Of a stretch of DNA of 64,000 bases, positions 58,122-64,000 are shown in pieces; within the stretch, counting starts at the first letter, position 1, and every line of letters begins with the position of its first letter. The notes beneath the pieces are model-generated. The model saw only the letters and a list, made by a program, of their open reading frames with translations. It did not search any database and was not told where the DNA came from. The stretch is from an uncultured delta proteobacterium (GTDB lineage: Bacteria; Desulfobacterota; Binatia; Binatales; Binataceae). Location of the stretch: assembly GCA_963711565.1 (NCBI GenBank), contig CAVQEQ010000004.1, forward strand, positions 1,440,001 to 1,504,000, written 5' to 3'. The translations under genes and the position numbers were made by a program.

Positions 58122-59396
58122 ATGATTAATTTCAGGGCGTTGCGATTTGCGTTCGCGATTCTGCTCCTGACTCCGATGAGCGCGCACGCGGTCTCGCTGA
58201 CTCTCAACGGCAACAGCGCCGACCTGCAGACCGACAACACACAGGCTGTCTACGCCAGCGACAGCGACGGCGTACCGGTGCTGATCACGGCGGTCGGAAT
58301 GAGCTTGCGAGGTGGCGGCGTCGTAACCGACGTCGGCGTGCCCTCGATGATGCCTGATGGACGCGTGATCTTCGGCGCCGAGGTCCAGCCCAAGGACACC
58401 AACCTCAAGCCGCGCTGGAACATTTTCATTGGCAACGCCGACGCCGTCCCGAGCCATCGCATCATCACTGCCCTGAATCCTAAGGCGCTCGACGGCGATT
58501 GCACGCCCGCCTTCAAGGCCGACCCTTATCCCGTCGCCGACATCGACGAAAACGTCGCATTCATTTCGGCCGTGCCGCACGGCCGCGATGCGCTCTTCTT
58601 CTACTCGCACGGCAAGCTCGCCTGTATGGTGAAGGCGGGCGCCAAAACCAACGAAGGTCACGAGATCGCGGTGCTCAGCTTCGGCAGCGAGCAGATGGGC
58701 GACGGCGGCCAGGTCGTCTTCACCGGCTTTCTCGGCGCAAGCGCCAACACCGCCGATCATCGTCAGGCGCTGATGCTTGCCTCCGTTACCGGCGGCGTTA
58801 CCGAGCTTGCGGTCGAAGGCGCGTACGGTCCGAATCATACGCTCTACCAGCGCCCGTTCGGATTACCGGCTGCCCTGCCCACGACGCTGGGGACAGAGGT
58901 CGCGTTCACGGCCAAGACGCCAAGCGGCGCGGCGCTGTTCCTGTACAGCGGCGGCTCGATGGCGCGAATACTGCCGACCGGCACGCTCACGAGCGTCGGT
59001 CCCGTGACATTTCTGTCGGCGGGACGGCCGGGCCTGATGGCGGACGGAACCACCGCGGTGCTCGCCGGATGCGCTCGCATGCCCGCGATTTTTCGCCTCA
59101 CTCGCCAACGCCTTGATTTGCGGATTCAGCGCGGACAGTTGACTCCCTTCGGCACCGAACTCGAGTCGCTGGGCGATCCGGTGCTGACGGCGTCGGGCGC
59201 GATGTTCATCGGCGCGACCGATTCCGACGATCACGAGAAGCTCTACGTACTGTCGCCCGACGACGCGTTTTTCGAGGTCGGCGAATCTGAATTCATCTAC
59301 CGGATCGCGATGGGCGAGGAGAAGCATCACTCGATCTTCACCGGCACGCTCACAGTGAACCAGCACGGCGACTTCGCCTACCTGGGCGGCCGCTAA
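58122..59396 (+). CDS. Secreted hypothetical protein, probable beta-propeller
   Basis: Signal peptide ending AHA; recurring blades PDGRVIF, DENVAF, GGQVVF, TEVAF, NQHGDFAY. Confidence 0.65.
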   Translation: MINFRALRFAFAILLLTPMSAHAVSLTLNGNSADLQTDNTQAVYASDSDGVPVLITAVGMSLRGGGVVTDVGVPSMMPDGRVIFGAEVQPKDTNLKPRWNIFIGNADAVPSHRIITALNPKALDGDCTPAFKADPYPVADIDENVAFISAVPHGRDALFFYSHGKLACMVKAGAKTNEGHEIAVLSFGSEQMGDGGQVVFTGFLGASANTADHRQALMLASVTGGVTELAVEGAYGPNHTLYQRPFGLPAALPTTLGTEVAFTAKTPSGAALFLYSGGSMARILPTGTLTSVGPVTFLSAGRPGLMADGTTAVLAGCARMPAIFRLTRQRLDLRIQRGQLTPFGTELESLGDPVLTASGAMFIGATDSDDHEKLYVLSPDDAFFEVGESEFIYRIAMGEEKHHSIFTGTLTVNQHGDFAYLGGR

Positions 59397-59424
59397 CTCA
59401 ATCTGTTCTCTCTCCCCTCACGAA

Positions 59425-59446
59425 GTAGGACGGAATTTATTCCGTC
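59425..59446 (+). repeat. GTAG-type REP-like palindrome
   Basis: GTAG-GACGGAAT-TT-ATTCCGTC. Confidence 0.6.
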
Positions 59447-59500
59447 AACGCTGCATTACGCCGCTTTTCTGCTTCCTCACTTCCTGCCATCTTAAACGCC

Positions 59501-60163
59501 ATGGCAGACCACGCAAAATTCCTCGCGCTCAATCCCAAACTCTACGACTACCTGATCGCGCACGGACACAATGGCGATCCGATCCGCGCCGAACTCGCCG
59601 ATGAAACGGCGAAGCTCGGCCCTATCAGCGGGATGCAGATTGCCGCCGAGCAGGGCACCTTCATGGGCCTCCTCGCGGGCGCGATCGGCGCGCGCTCCGC
59701 GGTCGAAGTCGGGACCTTCACCGGCTACAGCGCACTCTGTGTCGCTCGAGCATTGCCCGCCGACGGCAAGCTGCTGTGCTGCGACGTCAACGAGCAATGG
59801 ACTAGCATCGGGCGCCGCTATTGGGAGCGCGCTGGCGTCGCCAACAAGATCACGCTCAAATTGGCGCCCGCCGCCGAAACGCTGAAGGCCCTGCCCAGCT
59901 CGCACACTTTCGATTTCGCCTTCATCGACGCCGACAAGACCAGTTACGCGATCTACTACGAGGAAATCCTGAAACGTCTGCGCCCCAGCGGCCTCATCCT
60001 CATCGACAACGTGCTATGGAACGGCCGCATCATCGACGACGCGGCCACCGACGCCGACACGCTCGCGCTGCGCAAGCTCAACAACTTCATCGCCGCGGAC
60101 ACCCGCGTAGAAGCCGTGATGCTAGGCATCGCCGACGGCCTAACAATCGTCCGCAAAAAGTAA
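59501..60163 (+). CDS. Class I SAM-dependent O-methyltransferase (caffeoyl-CoA OMT-like)
   Basis: MQIAAEQG, EVGTFTGYS, FIDADK, IDNVLW. Confidence 0.93.
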   Translation: MADHAKFLALNPKLYDYLIAHGHNGDPIRAELADETAKLGPISGMQIAAEQGTFMGLLAGAIGARSAVEVGTFTGYSALCVARALPADGKLLCCDVNEQWTSIGRRYWERAGVANKITLKLAPAAETLKALPSSHTFDFAFIDADKTSYAIYYEEILKRLRPSGLILIDNVLWNGRIIDDAATDADTLALRKLNNFIAADTRVEAVMLGIADGLTIVRKK

Positions 60164-60188
60164 TTTCCTAACCTCCCCTTGCACCTCT

Positions 60189-60270
60189 GTCATTCAGAGC
60201 CGCTGCGGCGAAGAATCCCGGCTCCTCTCCGAATTCCCCTCTCCTGAAGGGAGAGGGGCCACGGGTGAGG
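60189..60270 (+). repeat. Tandem GTCAT-type REP and CCCCTCTCC arm
   Basis: GTCATTCAGAGCCGCTGCGGCGAAGAATCC followed by CCCCTCTCC-TGAAG-GGAGAGGGG-CCACGGGTGAGG. Confidence 0.6.
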
Positions 60271-60280
60271 TTCCGCTGAT

Positions 60281-60811
60281 ATGCACCAACTCCACACCCC
60301 GCGCCTAATCGGCACCCCCGCCTCCCCATCCGATTTCCCCGACATCCGGCGCCTCCATGCCGACCCCCGCGTGATGGCGACGCTATCCGCCGATGGCGCG
60401 ATCTTCACCGAAGACCAAACCCGCGCATTCCTCGATCGCGCCGCCGATCATTGGAAGTCCCACAACTTCGGCCTGTGGACCTTCCGCGATCGCACCGATA
60501 GCGACTTCGTCGGCTACGGCGGTATCAAACACACCACGGTCGAAGGCCGCGACGTGATCGAACTCGCCTACGCGATCACCTCCGCCCATTGGCGCAAAGG
60601 ATTCGCGACCGAAATCTCGCTCGCATCGCTGCAGCACGCCTTCGACGTGTTGCATTTCGACAGAATCGTCGCCTTCACCCTCCCCCACAACCAAGCCTCG
60701 CGCGCCGTGATGGAACACTGCGGCTTCACCTACAACCGCAACATCGTCCACGCCGGTCTGCCGCACGTCCTCTACATCCTCGAAGCCCGCCCCGACGCCA
60801 CCCACTCCTGA
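60281..60811 (+). CDS. GNAT N-acetyltransferase (RimJ/RimL type)
   Basis: LHTPRL, ELAYAI...HWRKGFATE, NQASRAVMEHCGF. Confidence 0.9.
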   Translation: MHQLHTPRLIGTPASPSDFPDIRRLHADPRVMATLSADGAIFTEDQTRAFLDRAADHWKSHNFGLWTFRDRTDSDFVGYGGIKHTTVEGRDVIELAYAITSAHWRKGFATEISLASLQHAFDVLHFDRIVAFTLPHNQASRAVMEHCGFTYNRNIVHAGLPHVLYILEARPDATHS

Positions 60812-60862
60812 CGTGCAACTCTTCTCACTCACAACGACGACCCGAGCACGCGCACTCACTCT

Positions 60863-60913
60863 GTCATTCCGACGACGGGAGCGAATGCGACGGGAGGAGG
60901 AACCTCGGACAGC
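60863..60913 (+). repeat. GTCAT-type REP-like element
   Basis: GTCATTCCGACGACGGGAGCGAATGCGACGGGAGGAGGAACCTCGGACAGC; related to 17198-17249. Confidence 0.6.
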
Positions 60914-60981
60914 TTCGCGCAAGCGAAGCCGGTTTCGGTTCCAAGCCGCCCGCCCCCGGCGGGATTGCCGCAAGCCAGGGC

Positions 60982-60999
60982 GTGTACACTGTACATACA
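60982..60999 (+). promoter_or_regulatory. Putative brn operator (TGTACA palindromes)
   Basis: GTGTACACTGTACATACA directly upstream of the brnT relic and brnA. Confidence 0.5.
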
Positions 61000-61012
61000 A
61001 CAGCGGCGATGG

Positions 61013-61045
61013 TTGAATTACGAATAGGCCCCGAAACGAATATGA
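61013..61045 (+). pseudogene. Possible collapsed brnT toxin relic
   Basis: TTG AAT TAC GAA TAG GCC CCG AAA (MNYE*APK) resembles BrnT N-termini (M-x-F/Y-EWD-x-x-K). Confidence 0.45.
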
Positions 61046-61311
61046 AGCGCGAATATGACCTGAGCAAAGGTAAGCGAGGGGCGGTAGTCGCTTCAGGGCC
61101 CGAAAAAGTCCGGATCACAATCCGCTTGGACCGCGACATCGTCGATAAATTCCGCGAACAGGTTCGTCGAGCACATCGCGGCAACTATCAGACCTTGATT
61201 AACGACGCGCTTCGAGAACACCTGCACCGTCCGAGCCTCGCGCAGGAAGTCGGCAAGGAACTGCGCTCGGTGTTGCGGGAAGAGCTTCACCGGGTAAAGG
61301 CGAGGCCGTAA
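61042..61311 (+). CDS. brnA: BrnA-family antitoxin (orphan)
   Basis: MKREYDLSKGKRG...KVRITIRLDRDIVDKFR...NYQTLINDALRE. Confidence 0.9.
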   Translation: MKREYDLSKGKRGAVVASGPEKVRITIRLDRDIVDKFREQVRRAHRGNYQTLINDALREHLHRPSLAQEVGKELRSVLREELHRVKARP

Positions 61312-61388
61312 AGCCACGCCCTCGAAGCCCGCGCCTTCACCCAAAAAACTTCCTAACAGGGACGAAGTCCCGCATCTTTGCCTTGCCA

Positions 61389-61444
61389 CCGGGTGCAGGG
61401 GTCACCCCTGCCCAAGGAAGTGTGAAACCCAGGCGGGTTTCACG
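61389..61444 (+). repeat. Double-hairpin palindromic element in leuS leader (copy B)
   Basis: CCGGGTGCAGGGGTCACCCCTGCCCAAGGAAGTGTGAAACCCAGGCGGGTTTCACG. Confidence 0.85.
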
Positions 61445-61494
61445 TTAGATTAAGTGGATTGTCTTCCTACCATCACGCTAAACTTGCCTGACTC

Positions 61495-63930
61495 ATGGAC
61501 GAACGCTACGACCCCAAAATCATCGAGCCCTTCTGGCAGGCCGAATGGGACCGCACCAATCTCTACCTCACCCGCGAGGACCCCGGCCGCCCGAAATTCT
61601 ACCTCCTCGAGATGTTCCCCTATCCCAGTGGCGCCGGCCTCAGCGTCGGCCACTTGCACAACTACGTCCCATGCGACGTCGTCGGCCGTTACAAGCGGAT
61701 GGCGGGATTCAACGTGCTGCATCCGATGGGATGGGACGCGTTCGGCTTGCCCGCCGAGAACGAGGCCATCCTCAAGGGCTCGCATCCGACCGAGACCGTC
61801 CCGCGCTATGCCGCCAACTTCAAGCGCCAGCTGACGATCTCCGGATGCGCTTACGATTGGTCGCGCGAGATCAATTCGTCGTCGCCCGAGTACTACCGAT
61901 GGACCCAGTGGTTCTTCCTGATGCTCCTGAAGCGCGGGCTCGCCTACCGCGCAAACGGCGCGCAATGGTGGTGCGACAAGTGCCAGACCATTCTCGCCAA
62001 CGAGCAGGTCATCAACGGATGCTGCTGGCGGCACACGGACAACCCCGTCACCAAGAAAGATCTCGAGCAGTGGTACATCAAGATCACCGACTACGCCGAT
62101 CGATTGCTCGCCGATCTTGACGGCATCGATTGGCCCGAGCCGATCAAGCTGATGCAACGAAACTGGATCGGCCGCAGCGAGGGCGCCGAACTCGCCTTCC
62201 CGGTCACCGGTCACAAAGGTAAAGAGGTCCGCTTCTTCACGACGCGTCCCGACACTGTCTTCGGCGTGTCGTTCATGGTGCTCGCACCGGAGCATCCACT
62301 CGTCGCCGAGGTAACTACTCCCGCGCATCGCGTGACAGTCGAAGACTACGTGATCGAAGCGCGCCGCCAGACTGAAATCGAACGCATGTCCACAGTGAAG
62401 GAGAAATCCGGCGTCTTCACCGGCGCTTACGCGCGCAACGTCTTCACCGGCAAAGACATCCCGATCTGGATCGCCGACTACGTCCTGATGGGCTACGGCA
62501 CCGGCGCGATCATGGCCGCGCCCGGCGAGGATCAACGCGATTTCGAATTCGCGACGAAGTTTGGCCTCGAGATCCCGCGCGTTACCGCACCCGCCGACGG
62601 CTCGACACCGCCCGCCGATCGCGCCTTCAGCGACCACGGCATCGCGATAAATTCCGGCTTCCTCAACGGCAAGACGACGGCTGAAGCGCTCGCCGCCGTC
62701 GCAAAATACGCCGAGGATCACGGCATCGGCCGCGCCACCATCAACTACCGGATGCGCGATTGGCTGATCTCGCGCCAGCGCTACTGGGGATGCCCCATCC
62801 CAATCGTTTACTGCAAGACCGACGGCATCGTCCCCGTACCCGAAGACCATCTGCCCGTGATGCTTCCACCGATGAAGGATTACCTGCCGTCCGGCACCGG
62901 CCGCTCCCCGCTCGCCAACGTGCCGGAGTTCGTCAACACGACCTGCCCCAAATGCGGCGGCCCGGCCGAGCGCGAGACCGACACGCTCGACGGCTTCGCC
63001 TGCTCGTCATGGTACTTCCTGCGCTTCGCCTCGCCGCACGAAAACGCGCGCCCGTTCGATCGCCGTGCTGCCGATTACTGGCTGCCGGTCGATCTCTACG
63101 TCGGCGGCGCCGAGCACGCCGTGATGCATCTGCTGTACGCGCGGATGTGGACGAAAGTCATGTTCGACGAGGAGCTGATCGGTTTCGACGAGCCGTTCCC
63201 CAGTTTGCGCAACCAGGGTCAGGTGTGGGCGTCTGACGGCCACCGCATGTCGAAGAGCAGGGGCAACATCGTCACGCCGGACGCGATGATCGACAAGTAC
63301 GGCGCCGACGCGCTGCGGCTCTGGGAGCTCTACATGAGCCCCTTCGACGAAGCGACCAACTGGAACGAAGGCGGCATCGCCGGCACGCAAAGATTCCTCC
63401 AGCGCGTCTGGACGATGCTCCGCCGCTACGTCGATGCGGGCGCGCCAACCGGCAATCCCACTGAGGAGACTCTAAAGCGCACCCACAAAACCATCCAACT
63501 GGTAACCGATCACATCGACCGCCTCCGCTTCAACACCGCCCTGGCCGCGATGATGGATCACCTGAACTACATCGCAAAACTAAAACCCACCGAGATGGGC
63601 CGCTTCGCAACCGAATCTTTTATCTTACTACTAGCCCCAATGGCCCCCCACATAACCGAAGAAATCTGGCGCGCATTAGGCCACACGAATTCAATCCACT
63701 TAGAGCCGTGGCCAAAATTCGATCCAAACCTGGTCTTCGACGAAATGGTAACCGTGGTGGTGCAGGTAAACGGCAAAGTCCGCGACCGCCTGGAAGTCCC
63801 GGCCGGCACCCCCGAAACTGAGGTGCGCACCCTCGCCCTAGCTAGCGACGCGGTGAAACGTCACCTAGATGGCAAACCCCCAAAGAAGTTCATCTTCATA
63901 AAAGACAAAATGCTAAGCATCGTCGCATAG
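61495..63930 (+). CDS. leuS: Leucine--tRNA ligase
   Basis: LEMFPYPSG, GWDAFGLPAEN, MQRNWIGRS, FTTRPDT, RDWLISRQRYWG, YVGGAEHA, RMSKS, VQVNGKVR. Confidence 0.98.
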   Translation: MDERYDPKIIEPFWQAEWDRTNLYLTREDPGRPKFYLLEMFPYPSGAGLSVGHLHNYVPCDVVGRYKRMAGFNVLHPMGWDAFGLPAENEAILKGSHPTETVPRYAANFKRQLTISGCAYDWSREINSSSPEYYRWTQWFFLMLLKRGLAYRANGAQWWCDKCQTILANEQVINGCCWRHTDNPVTKKDLEQWYIKITDYADRLLADLDGIDWPEPIKLMQRNWIGRSEGAELAFPVTGHKGKEVRFFTTRPDTVFGVSFMVLAPEHPLVAEVTTPAHRVTVEDYVIEARRQTEIERMSTVKEKSGVFTGAYARNVFTGKDIPIWIADYVLMGYGTGAIMAAPGEDQRDFEFATKFGLEIPRVTAPADGSTPPADRAFSDHGIAINSGFLNGKTTAEALAAVAKYAEDHGIGRATINYRMRDWLISRQRYWGCPIPIVYCKTDGIVPVPEDHLPVMLPPMKDYLPSGTGRSPLANVPEFVNTTCPKCGGPAERETDTLDGFACSSWYFLRFASPHENARPFDRRAADYWLPVDLYVGGAEHAVMHLLYARMWTKVMFDEELIGFDEPFPSLRNQGQVWASDGHRMSKSRGNIVTPDAMIDKYGADALRLWELYMSPFDEATNWNEGGIAGTQRFLQRVWTMLRRYVDAGAPTGNPTEETLKRTHKTIQLVTDHIDRLRFNTALAAMMDHLNYIAKLKPTEMGRFATESFILLLAPMAPHITEEIWRALGHTNSIHLEPWPKFDPNLVFDEMVTVVVQVNGKVRDRLEVPAGTPETEVRTLALASDAVKRHLDGKPPKKFIFIKDKMLSIVA

Positions 63931-64000
63931 CACCGCGGTGGCGTTACCGGGTGATTTTCTCTTCCTCGATGAAAGCGGCGATCTCGGATCAGCGGCGGGC

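Noticed and set aside
61312-61494. T-box riboswitch in the leuS (or argS) leader
   Set aside because: No T-box consensus (GGTGGNACCGCG), specifier stem or U-tailed terminator; leader too short.
1-64000. CRISPR array, tRNA, rRNA, integron attC array
   Set aside because: No regularly spaced repeats or cloverleaf/rRNA signatures seen by eye; palindromic repeats are dispersed and irregular.

Overview
GC-rich bacterial chromosomal segment made up mostly of housekeeping and metabolic genes. The mutS-amiC-glnD-xerD-M50 protease-scpAB order suggests a deltaproteobacterium-like lineage such as Binatota; this is inference only. The window runs from the 5' part of argS (truncated by the left edge) to a complete leuS. 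In between are recD2, higBA, a MATE exporter, two GT-C glycosyltransferases, an APC transporter, folD divergent from gcvT-gcvPA-gcvPB (no gcvH), mobA, ALDH, dnaB, a DUF4838/acyl-CoA dehydrogenase/CoA-transferase operon, mrp, a heterodimeric ABC exporter and an orphan brnA. I found no tRNA, rRNA, CRISPR array, prophage or transposase. Signals that the gene list does not explain: (1) a 2.7-kb TetR + GT-C cassette bounded by a 62-bp imperfect direct repeat of a divergent promoter, with no integrase; (2) local + strand G-to-A-type codon scars, most extreme in the last ~150 codons of leuS (10 of 17 Leu codons are CTA/TTA versus none upstream), with other scars next to palindromic repeats; (3) a near-identical double-hairpin element in the same orientation in the leaders of argS and leuS; (4) two ~255-bp REPIN/MITE-like elements and several other REP-like families; (5) a brnT toxin apparently collapsed to a ~30-bp relic; (6) three single frameshifts (recD2, prolyl oligopeptidase, CoA-transferase) that may be assembly indels. 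All counts were done by hand, and family calls come from motif recognition, not database searches.
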